This document shows positions 8,712 through 16,572 of a DNA stretch of 17,462 nt, in pieces. Origin of the DNA: Methanocellales archaeon (lineage in GTDB: Archaea > Halobacteriota > JAWCLZ01); NCBI GenBank assembly GCA_038850285.1, contig JAWCMA010000024.1, forward strand, positions 1 to 17,462, read 5' to 3'. The notes below the pieces were generated by a model. It had not been told where the DNA came from and ran no database searches. It saw nothing but the letters and a program-made list of their open reading frames with translations. The first letter of the stretch is position 1. Every line of letters begins with the position of its first letter. A program made the position numbers and the translations under genes.

Positions 8712-9902
8712 ATGAAAGCAGCTGTATTTGAGCCATTTTGCGGCGCTTCAGGAGACATGATAATAGCTGCCTTCTTAGACTTGGGTGCGGATTCTGAAAA
8801 AGTTAGGAATGCAATGGAAAGCATAGCTGGGGTAAATGTTAAGGTCAATAAAGTTATGAAAAGGGGTATCTCAGCCACGCAAGTAGAAGTTTTGAGTGAG
8901 AGGAAAATTGTGAGATATCCTGAGGTGGTTGAGGAGATAAAAAATTCCTCGTTGGATGAAGCTGTAATCTCAGATGCCCTAGCGATCTTCGATATCCTTG
9001 CGAGTGCTGAGGCTAAGATACATAATGTAGCAAAGCAAGAGCTGCACTTTCATGAAATTGGCGCTGCTGATGCAATAGCAGATGTAATTGGGGCTTGCGT
9101 GGCTTATCGCGATCTCAAGCTAGATAAATGCAGGGTATATTGCTTACCAATTTCGGTTGGAAGTGGTTTGATAAAAACAGTTCACGGCGCACTTCCTGTA
9201 CCTCCTCCCGCTGCACTGGAGATATTGAGGGAGTATAATTTATTGTTCAAAGGCGGCCCAGTTGAGGCTGAGCTTTTGACGCCTACCGGGGCTGCTATAT
9301 TGGCTTACTTCGCGGATTTATGTGAGGACTTCTATCCGCAGTTTAAGGTGGAAAAAGTTGGATATGGCGCTGGCCATGTTGATTTCGATGTATTGAATGT
9401 ATTGAGAATTGCAATTGGGGAGATAGATGAAGCTTTGATCAGGGATGAAGTTGAAGTGCTTGAAACAAATGTAGATGATACCACTGGTCAAATTTTAGGG
9501 AACCTAATCGAGGAATTACTATCAGCAGGTGCTCTTGACGTAGCTATTATGCCTGCGATGATGAAAAAGGGGAGAAGTGGTCATATAATACAGGTGATTG
9601 CAAAGCCGAGTGATAGCCCTAGGCTTGCTAGGAAAATCATTGAGGAAACCGGATCGCTGGGTATTAGATATATACCAGTGCACCATAGATTAATTGCTAG
9701 CAGAGAGATTAGCAAGATTGAGGTTGACTTCGGAGTTGTGAAGCAAGAGCTGCGGGTTAAAATTGCAAGGGATTTAACTGGAAGGGTATTGAATATTGCT
9801 GCAGAGTTTGAGGATGCAAAAAGACTCTCGCGAGCTATTGGAATACCTGTTAGAGAGGTTTTGAAAAAAGCTGAGGAAATCGCTAGAAAGCAATTTGTTT
9901 AA
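8712..9902 (+). CDS. larC: Nickel pincer cofactor biosynthesis protein LarC
   Basis: GASGDMIIAAFLDLG, AEAKIH, HFHEIGAADAIAD, HGALPVPPPA, ELLTPTGAA, LETNVDD, MKKGRSG, ETGSLGIR, EFED. Confidence 0.95.
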   Translation: MKAAVFEPFCGASGDMIIAAFLDLGADSEKVRNAMESIAGVNVKVNKVMKRGISATQVEVLSERKIVRYPEVVEEIKNSSLDEAVISDALAIFDILASAEAKIHNVAKQELHFHEIGAADAIADVIGACVAYRDLKLDKCRVYCLPISVGSGLIKTVHGALPVPPPAALEILREYNLLFKGGPVEAELLTPTGAAILAYFADLCEDFYPQFKVEKVGYGAGHVDFDVLNVLRIAIGEIDEALIRDEVEVLETNVDDTTGQILGNLIEELLSAGALDVAIMPAMMKKGRSGHIIQVIAKPSDSPRLARKIIEETGSLGIRYIPVHHRLIASREISKIEVDFGVVKQELRVKIARDLTGRVLNIAAEFEDAKRLSRAIGIPVREVLKKAEEIARKQFV

Positions 9903-9914
9903 TTATGAAGTAAT

Positions 9915-9935
9915 GAAATAAGAAATAAGAAATAA
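9915..9935. repeat. Short tandem repeat (GAAATAA)x3 in an AT-rich convergent spacer
   Basis: Three exact 7-mers seen directly, with degenerate flanking copies. Confidence 0.75.
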
Positions 9936-10080
9936 GTAATAAAATCAAATTGATTATTCAAAAATTATTTACGCGAGATTAGACCAATTAATTTTAAATG
10001 GTAAATCTAATATAATATATAATAAAAATGAAAAAAGTTCGGTATCATCAAAAGCTATAATATCAGAGCTATTTATAGTT

Positions 10081-10857
10081 TTATTTTTTTATTATATCTT
10101 TATTATATCTTTGAATTGCTTCATTGATGTTGATTTCTCCTTTAGCCACTTTTCTAGCTAGCTGCATCGATATCGTGGCTCTGCCATTGGTTAGCTCCCT
10201 GCTCCGTGCTTGAATTTCTTTTACTTCGCCTAAGCTTGGTTCTATATTTTGCCTTCCAATTATTTCACCCTTCAGCTTAGCAATGTTGATCGCTGCCACG
10301 ATATCCGAAATTTGAGACCCATGTACACCTTTACCCAAGCGAGGAGTGGTGCCATTTTCATCCACTAATTCTATGCGAAGCCCTAAGTTGATGAGTGAAT
10401 TAATAATTTGATTGCGAATCAACCTAGCTCCATGGCCTACTCTTATTATAAATTGATCCGCGTGATATTCATTGACGATTTGCTTAACCGCTTCACACAC
10501 CTCATTCGAAGAAGTTTGATGAACTGCAACTACCGTGCCATCGCCCAGTACTGCTATTCCAGGGCGCTTGCCCGGGTCAATTCCAATTATGATCTGGCTG
10601 TATTTGCGCTTACCAAGAAGCAATTGCAGAGCTCTATCGATTGCTACGCGCGGTTTCTTCGCAGCCGCAATTTTGCTTTCATCGAAATCTATCTTATCTA
10701 CTTCATCCTCAGTGGTAATGACAGCACCTACACTTGGAGGAATTACTTCCTTTGGAGAAAGCGCAATGAAATTCAATCTTCGGGAGCGCATCTCAGCTAC
10801 TAATGTCTGATAAAATGCGAAGTCCTCAGTAACTATGGCAATGCGCTTAACTTCCAG
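10081..10857 (-). CDS. Conserved archaeal protein with RNase H-like (YqgF/RuvC-type) motif; probable CTG start at 10857 (track start 10791)
   Basis: IIGIDPGKRPGIAVL, VGHGAR, LVDENGTTP, DIVAAINIA. The frame is open upstream of 10791 (EVKRIAIVTEDFAFYQTLVAE) back to a CTG preceded by GGAGG. Confidence 0.7.
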   Translation of the reverse strand: MEVKRIAIVTEDFAFYQTLVAEMRSRRLNFIALSPKEVIPPSVGAVITTEDEVDKIDFDESKIAAAKKPRVAIDRALQLLLGKRKYSQIIIGIDPGKRPGIAVLGDGTVVAVHQTSSNEVCEAVKQIVNEYHADQFIIRVGHGARLIRNQIINSLINLGLRIELVDENGTTPRLGKGVHGSQISDIVAAINIAKLKGEIIGRQNIEPSLGEVKEIQARSRELTNGRATISMQLARKVAKGEININEAIQRYNKDIIKK

Positions 10858-10942
10858 TTCCCTCCAGTTTTTAATATAAATATATTATAGTAGAATAAAA
10901 ACATTGCGTTTGCTATGCCGCTATATCGAGCCCTTTTTTTAG

Positions 10943-10980
10943 TTAGGCATGCCAAAAAATATATATTAGGCTATCCTAAT
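10943..10980. promoter_or_regulatory. Two DtxR-family operator boxes (TTAGG-N4-CCTAA) flanking a TATA-like element
   Basis: Perfect inverted repeat ATTAGG-CTAT-CCTAAT (10965-10980) and imperfect TTAGG-CATG-CCAAA (10943-10956), immediately upstream of the DtxR-family gene. Confidence 0.8.
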
Positions 10981-10990
10981 TTTTAAAAAT

Positions 10991-11692
10991 ATGGTAACTG
11001 AAAATGTAGAAGAATATCTAGAGGCAATTTACGCCCTTACTGAAGAGGGAAAAAGGGCTAAAACAAGTGAAGTTGCAGAGCGCTTGAAAATAGCACCTTC
11101 AAGTGTTACTGAGATGCTTAGGAAGCTCTCCAGCGAAGGATACCTCCACTATCAACCCTATCGAGGGGTTACTCTTACAAAAAATGGACTTGAGGTTGCG
11201 AAGAAGATAAAGCGAAAGCACCGCTTATTAGAGCGATTTTTAAGCGATTTACTCAAGATTAAAAAAGAAGAGGTTCACGAGCACGCTTGCAAGATGGAAC
11301 ATTCCATATCGGATGAAGTTGAAGAAGCACTCTGCAAAGTACTTAGATTTCCAGATACCTGTCCGGATGATGAAAAAACTATACCACTTTGCGATAAGCA
11401 AGTAACAAGCTGCTTGGAATGCGTGCAAAAAGAGAGCGCTAGCTTTGAAAAAAGAAAGAAAGAACTCACCCCCCTCTCTAGTTTGAAAGCAGGGCAGAGA
11501 GGGGTAGTGGCTTTTATTAGAGGCGGCAGGGGTGTTATTCAGCGCTTAGTTGACTTGGGCTTGTGCCCAAATACTGAAGTCGAGGTTCTCAGAACCGCGC
11601 CCTTTGCAGGTCCTATTGAGATATGCGTGCGGGGGAGCAATTTAGCACTTGGAAGGGGAATTGCAGCCAAAGTTTTCGTTGAAGCTAGGTAA
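10991..11692 (+). CDS. DtxR/MntR family metal-dependent regulator with Cys-rich linker and C-terminal FeoA domain
   Basis: EEYLEAIY, PSSVTEMLRKL, KRKHRLLERFL, ACKMEHSIS, then FeoA-type RLVDLGLCPNTEVEV...APFAGPIEI..RGSNLALGRGIA. Confidence 0.93.
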   Translation: MVTENVEEYLEAIYALTEEGKRAKTSEVAERLKIAPSSVTEMLRKLSSEGYLHYQPYRGVTLTKNGLEVAKKIKRKHRLLERFLSDLLKIKKEEVHEHACKMEHSISDEVEEALCKVLRFPDTCPDDEKTIPLCDKQVTSCLECVQKESASFEKRKKELTPLSSLKAGQRGVVAFIRGGRGVIQRLVDLGLCPNTEVEVLRTAPFAGPIEICVRGSNLALGRGIAAKVFVEAR

Positions 11693-11698
11693 CATTTC

Positions 11699-13639
11699 AT
11701 GGAAAAGGATCTCACAATTGCACTAGCTGGCAATGCAAATGTTGGTAAAAGCGCAATATTTAACCAACTCACAGGTTTGAATCAAATTATTGGAAACTGG
11801 CCTGGTAAAACTGTTGAAAGAGCTGAGGGCACGCTGCATTATAAAGGCTATAACATACATGTTCTAGATCTCCCGGGGATTTATTCATTCACCACTTTTT
11901 CCCTTGAAGAACTTGTATCCCGCGAATATATTGCAAAAGAGAAGCCAGATCTCGTGATAAATGTGATAGATGCCACAACTTTAGAGAGAAATCTCTTTTT
12001 CACTCTTCAGCTTCTCGAACTTGAAACTCCAGTTATTATAGCTCTTAATCAAATTGACTTGGCTGAGAAGAAAGGCATTATTACTGATCACGAAAAGATG
12101 CAGGTTCTCCTGGGGGTACCTATTATACCTACTGTTGCCATTAAGGGAATTGGAATTGAGAATTTAATTAAAGCCGCAATTGAAACAATCGAGAAAAAAC
12201 CAGCGATTGAAGCAGTGAGGATAAAATATGGAAAGGAAGTGGAGGAAAGAATAGAGAAAATTAGTACATTAACCTCAAAAATAAAGCTCAAAATACAGTA
12301 TCCCCCTAGATGGATAGCAATTAAACTGTTGGAAGGCGATGAGGAGATAATTAAAATAGTGGAGGCAATTAATCCGCGAATTATTCAAATTGCTTATGAA
12401 TATGCAAGGGAGATCGAGGAGGTCCATGGAGAGCCCTGTCCAGTTGTGATTGCTTCTGAGAGATATGATATTGCCAGTAAAATAGCTAGAGAAGTTCAGC
12501 GCATAATAATACCTAGAAAGATGGAATTTGTAGAGAGAATCGATAATTTAATTATGCATAAAATCTGGGGTTACTTCTTTCTCATCGCTATATTGCTCTC
12601 CATATTTTATGGAATCTATACTTTTGGCAACATATTATCTGAGTTCCTGAGTAATTCTTTTGAAGCATTCAAATCAGTTGCTGAATTAGCTCTTGGTGGA
12701 GGCTGGCTGTTTAAATTGATCTGGGAAGGGCTTTTCCAAGGCATAATAGCGGGGATTACAATTGCCCTGCCCTATATAATCCCCTTTTACATTTTCCTTG
12801 CAATTCTCGAGGACTCAGGTTATCTCCCTAGAGCTGCATTTATGATGGATAATCTTATGCATAAACTTGGCTTGCATGGAAAAGCATTCATACCCTTAAT
12901 ATTAGGTTATGGCTGCAACGTCCCAGCATGCCTTGGATGCAGAATCATGGAAACGCAGCGAGAGCGAGTGATCGCTGCATTTGTAGCAACACTCGTGCCC
13001 TGTGCAGCTAGAACAGTGGTAATCTTGGGCTTAGTTGGAGCATTTGTTGGATTAAACTGGGCTCTAGCGCTTTATATACTTAACCTGCTTTTAATCTTTG
13101 CCCTCGGGAGAGTGGCATTTAAAGTTCTCCCGGGCGAGCCTGTGGGATTGATAATGGAAATGCCAGCTTATAGAAAACCTATACTCAAAATTGTAGCAAA
13201 GCAATCCTGGTATAGGGTGAAGGATTTCATCAGAGTTGCCTTTCCCTTGATAATATTTGGGAGCTTGAGCATTAAGATTCTGGAGCTCGTTGGTTTACTT
13301 GATCCAATTGCAAGTTTAATGAGCCCTATTACTGTTTCCTGGCTTGGATTGCCAAACTTGGTTGGAATAGCATTTATACTAGGAGTACTCCGCAAGGAGC
13401 TTACCCTCATAATGCTAGCAACTCTTCTAGAAACGAGCAATTTTGCCCTAGTACTGACTCAAAAGCAAATGATTGTTTTTGCACTTGTAACAATGCTCTA
13501 TATACCCTGCATCGCCACCATTGCTGCTTTAATAAAAGAACTGGGCTGGAAAAAGGCGTTTTACGTAGCTATATTTGAAATTGCTTTTGCGATATTTATA
13601 GGTGGAATTGCACAGAGACTGCTTGGATTTTTATATTGA
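11699..13639 (+). CDS. feoB: Ferrous iron transporter FeoB
   Basis: [28 protein letters not shown] GTPase motifs; [40 protein letters not shown] membrane motifs. Confidence 0.97.
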   Translation: MEKDLTIALAGNANVGKSAIFNQLTGLNQIIGNWPGKTVERAEGTLHYKGYNIHVLDLPGIYSFTTFSLEELVSREYIAKEKPDLVINVIDATTLERNLFFTLQLLELETPVIIALNQIDLAEKKGIITDHEKMQVLLGVPIIPTVAIKGIGIENLIKAAIETIEKKPAIEAVRIKYGKEVEERIEKISTLTSKIKLKIQYPPRWIAIKLLEGDEEIIKIVEAINPRIIQIAYEYAREIEEVHGEPCPVVIASERYDIASKIAREVQRIIIPRKMEFVERIDNLIMHKIWGYFFLIAILLSIFYGIYTFGNILSEFLSNSFEAFKSVAELALGGGWLFKLIWEGLFQGIIAGITIALPYIIPFYIFLAILEDSGYLPRAAFMMDNLMHKLGLHGKAFIPLILGYGCNVPACLGCRIMETQRERVIAAFVATLVPCAARTVVILGLVGAFVGLNWALALYILNLLLIFALGRVAFKVLPGEPVGLIMEMPAYRKPILKIVAKQSWYRVKDFIRVAFPLIIFGSLSIKILELVGLLDPIASLMSPITVSWLGLPNLVGIAFILGVLRKELTLIMLATLLETSNFALVLTQKQMIVFALVTMLYIPCIATIAALIKELGWKKAFYVAIFEIAFAIFIGGIAQRLLGFLY

Positions 13640-13691
13640 GAAAGCAATTATATTGAATCAATTGGAGGGCTGATCTATAAATCAAGAACAA

Positions 13692-13844
13692 ATGTGGATA
13701 TGCGTTAAATGTAGATTTATTTATAAAGCTAAGAAGCCACATCAGAAGTGCCCCGAATGCGGAGCGGGTGAAGATCTGCAGGGAAAGCTACCTGAAACCA
13801 CTCTTTTTGAGATGATAGAAGAATGGAAATGTGAAGAGCACTAA
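13692..13844 (+). CDS. Small rubredoxin-like protein, 50 aa (not in ORF track)
   Basis: Manual translation: MWICVKCRFIYKAKKPHQKCPECGAGEDLQGKLPETTLFEMIEEWKCEEH*. The WxCxxC-x3-Y...P..CPECGA pattern matches short rubredoxin-like domains. Confidence 0.7.
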   Translation: MWICVKCRFIYKAKKPHQKCPECGAGEDLQGKLPETTLFEMIEEWKCEEH

Positions 13845-14110
13845 GCCTTTTCAGGTTTTGGCTCGCATTTGGGGCAGTAAGGCACAAATACTGAATAGCT
13901 TGGTCTATATGGATGTGGAACGCTAGCTTCTACTATTTCTGTGCCACAGACTGGGCATTTATATTGAGTCTCGCCCTTTTTCTTAATATAATAGAGCTCG
14001 CCTTTGCGTAAATAGCCAGTTTCACACTTGGCACATTTAGCTTCATATATATTTCCAATAATATATTCCCACCACATTCCTGATCCGCAGCATTCCGTTG
14101 GAACTGCCAT
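13841..14110 (-). CDS. Small Cys-rich putative metal-binding protein of unknown function, 89 aa
   Basis: Eight Cys arranged as CC, CAKC, CPVC, CPKC. A GAGGA SD lies upstream of the ATG. Confidence 0.7.
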   Translation of the reverse strand: MAVPTECCGSGMWWEYIIGNIYEAKCAKCETGYLRKGELYYIKKKGETQYKCPVCGTEIVEASVPHPYRPSYSVFVPYCPKCEPKPEKA

Positions 14111-14172
14111 AATGTTCCTCCTTTATAATTTTATTTTTGCAATCTCAATACTGCTTCATACTATATATGTTT

Positions 14173-14245
14173 ATTGAAATTGAAATTTGAAATTTAAATT
14201 TAATAATTTTAGTAATTTTAGTAATAGTAAATTTAAATTTAAAAT
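14173..14245. repeat. AT-rich degenerate tandem repeats: TTGAAA x3, TAATTTTAG x2, AAATTT units
   Basis: Seen directly, right after the radical SAM stop codon. Confidence 0.7.
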
Positions 14246-15967
14246 CTAAGCACCACTCATAAGCCCCATTGACTCAAAAGCTATAGCTTCAAATAGCTGG
14301 CGATAGCCAAAGCGATCACCTATCTCTATCTTAGGTGCTCTATCCAGAGTTAAATATTCCCCAAATATCTCTTCAAGTGCAAGCAATCTCTCAGCTTGAT
14401 TAGAAATATTTAGAATTTCATCAACCTTCTCAGCAATAGCATGCCAAGCCTTTATTTTGAAGCGCTCAAAAACGATGCTAGCATTTTCAGAAGGATGATC
14501 AAAAATTCGATATTTTTCCTCAAGTTCCAGCCTTCTCTCCAGCGATTGCAAAATTAACGTGAGAATCTCCTTTTTGCCTAGGCATTTAGTTTCATAGCTA
14601 AGCCAAAGATGCCAAGAAGGCTGAGACATGGCTATATAGTAATCTTCAACATTTTGGAAAAACAGCTTATAGCCGTATTCCTCAGGGAAGTCAAAGGCAA
14701 GCGAGCCTGGATCTAGCAGGAGCATGAAGCCAAATTCGGGTTTAACCATGGAAGTGCATATACCTTTGAGGTGCGAATTGAAATTCATCTGATAGAGCTT
14801 TTCCCAGAAATCGTAAGTCTGCCTCAAACTTTCCTTGGTTTCCTCGCCGAGAGCAAGCATGAAGAATATTCCTAGATCTATATTATATTTCTGGCAGAGC
14901 TCAGCTGTGCGCAGGATCTCGCTATTTGAATATCTCCTGCCATGTGCACTTCGCACGCTCTCAACCCCTGATTCAGGAGATATGGTAAGAGCCAAAGGTA
15001 CCCCTATAGAACTCAGGCTCTTCAAATATTCTTCGCTCGCAGGGGAGAAGAGTTCCATATCCATTCCATCTAAATCAATTTTTTCCTTTCTGAGGGTTGA
15101 TATTAACTTTTCCACATAGCTCTTTCCACCCATTCGCGGGTCTTGAAAAATGGAAATTAGATTTATGCCTTGCTGCCTGAGCTTTTCAATATCCTCGGCA
15201 ATCTTCTCCGGGCTGCGAAACGCAGGTTTCTGGCGATTAAACATTTTTGAATAGCTATAAGCAGATGCACCGCATCCAACGCAATTATAAATACACCCTC
15301 TGCAAAAGGGTATACACCACCATTTTTTGGTAATGCCACCTAGGGATCGATCAATCAACAAGCTGCAAGGTTCCACAAGGTCTAGACGTGTGAAATCGAA
15401 TTCATCGAGAGTTTCACAGGGTTTTTCCATTGGATTTATTTTAATTCGCCCGTTACTCGTGCGATAAGTTAAATTCGGAACTCTCTCAAGGTTTCGGTTT
15501 CTTACATTCAAAAGCTGAAGCAATGGTTTCTCCCCTTCTCCGCGAATTACATAATCTATGAACTTGAACTTCTCAATTATCTCACTGTGAAAACAGCTTG
15601 CGGTAAGACCTCCAAGCAGTATTTTTGAGCTAGGTTTAAGCTGCTTGCAGAGTTTAGCGAGCTCTATAGCACCTTGAACGTGAATGCACCAGTGGAGATC
15701 CAAGGCATAGATCTTTGCTTCTTCCTTCTTAAGGAAACTCTCCACTTCGAAATATCTATTCACAAGCATGGCTTCTCCTAAGTTGTAAATTTTGGTTTTA
15801 AAGCCATGGCGCTCTAAATATTCAGCCATGCTTAAAAAGCCAATTGGAATGGTTAGAAACTGCGAAGTGCTGAAGGGAACTGTGCGAGCAACTCCACCTG
15901 GAAATACCACTTTCTTTCGAAAATCATAGATAGCTGGAGGATGGAGAAAAAGCACCTCGTACTTCAT
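14246..15967 (-). CDS. Cobalamin-binding domain / radical SAM protein (resembles the Ta0216 family)
   Basis: N-terminal LHPPAIYDFR, PIGFLSMAEYLERHG, DLHW, LGGLTAS, IRGEGE (B12-binding domain), then RGCIYNCVGCG (CxxxCxxC) and SPESG. Confidence 0.9.
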   Translation of the reverse strand: MKYEVLFLHPPAIYDFRKKVVFPGGVARTVPFSTSQFLTIPIGFLSMAEYLERHGFKTKIYNLGEAMLVNRYFEVESFLKKEEAKIYALDLHWCIHVQGAIELAKLCKQLKPSSKILLGGLTASCFHSEIIEKFKFIDYVIRGEGEKPLLQLLNVRNRNLERVPNLTYRTSNGRIKINPMEKPCETLDEFDFTRLDLVEPCSLLIDRSLGGITKKWWCIPFCRGCIYNCVGCGASAYSYSKMFNRQKPAFRSPEKIAEDIEKLRQQGINLISIFQDPRMGGKSYVEKLISTLRKEKIDLDGMDMELFSPASEEYLKSLSSIGVPLALTISPESGVESVRSAHGRRYSNSEILRTAELCQKYNIDLGIFFMLALGEETKESLRQTYDFWEKLYQMNFNSHLKGICTSMVKPEFGFMLLLDPGSLAFDFPEEYGYKLFFQNVEDYYIAMSQPSWHLWLSYETKCLGKKEILTLILQSLERRLELEEKYRIFDHPSENASIVFERFKIKAWHAIAEKVDEILNISNQAERLLALEEIFGEYLTLDRAPKIEIGDRFGYRQLFEAIAFESMGLMSGA

Positions 15968-15976
15968 ATAGATAGC

Positions 15977-15999
15977 TATTTAAACTCATATTATTTAAA
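15977..15999. promoter_or_regulatory. Overlapping divergent TATA boxes for the radical SAM and AMMECR1-like genes
   Basis: TATTTAAA at 15977-15984 ends 25 nt before ATG 16009. TTTAAATA on the minus strand (15999..15992) ends 25 nt before ATG 15967. Confidence 0.6.
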
Positions 16000-16008
16000 T
16001 TTGGTGCG

Positions 16009-16572
16009 ATGGAAATTGGGGAGAGAGAAGCCCAAATTCTTATCGACATAGCAAAAGCTGCGATTGCAGCATATCTCAAGGAAGGAGTTAAAATAGAGTT
16101 ACCTGCAGATATCCCTGTTGCTTTAAGGCAAAAAATGGGTATTTTTATATCGCTGAAGAAAAGCGAGGGAGGTAAAGAGAAAAGCTTTAGTTCCATGGGC
16201 TACCCTTTACCAGTCAAGCCACTGGCTGAAGCAATCATAGACTCAGCTATAGCTACTGCTATTCGCGCTCAAATATATGGAATCGAAAGCCTAGATGGCG
16301 TGAATGTGGAAGTCAGTATTATTGACTCTTTGGAGCCCCTTGAAGCTGGGAATAGAGCTAATCTGCCAGATTTTATAAAGATAGGGGAAGATGGCATAGT
16401 AATTGAAAGAGGCTTTCACCGCGCTCTTTATCTCCCGCAAATTGCAGTTGAACAAGGCTGGGATAGCTCGGATTTCTTAAGCGAATGCTGCATAAAAGCA
16501 GGTTTAATGCCTGATGCCTGGCTGGATGAAGCTACTAAGCTATATAAATTCAAAGTCAAAGTTTTCAAGTAA
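16009..16572 (+). CDS. AMMECR1 domain protein (AmmeMemoRadiSam protein A-like), divergent
   Basis: IAKAAI..YL, GIFISL, GYPLPVKPLAEAIIDSAI, VEVSI, IKIGEDGIVIERG...LYLPQIAVEQGWD...FL...CIKAGLMPDAW, YKF. Confidence 0.85.
   Translation: MEIGEREAQILIDIAKAAIAAYLKEGVKIELPADIPVALRQKMGIFISLKKSEGGKEKSFSSMGYPLPVKPLAEAIIDSAIATAIRAQIYGIESLDGVNVEVSIIDSLEPLEAGNRANLPDFIKIGEDGIVIERGFHRALYLPQIAVEQGWDSSDFLSECCIKAGLMPDAWLDEATKLYKFKVKVFK

Noticed and set aside
10081-10791. RuvC-like IGIDPG motif as a TnpB/transposase or Cas12-like gene
   Set aside because: There is no zinc finger, split RuvC II/III layout, terminal repeats or tnpA, and the protein is too short.
13640-13840. Comparatively GC-rich patch after feoB as a possible riboswitch or ncRNA
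   Set aside because: It is better explained by the 50-aa rubredoxin-like ORF, and I recognised no riboswitch consensus.
2698-15119. Antisense or alternative-frame ORFs in the track (2698-3075, 4420-4671, 4873-5211, 6083-6347, 6503-7955 set, 8696-8878, 10408-10810, 11275-11772, 12088-12291, 13168-13440, 14835-15119)
   Set aside because: They lie opposite well-supported genes and are Ser/Phe-rich shadows with no recognisable motifs.
15924-16196. 90-aa minus-strand ORF across the radical SAM/AMMECR1 spacer
   Set aside because: It is mostly the antisense of the AMMECR1-like gene and has no motif.
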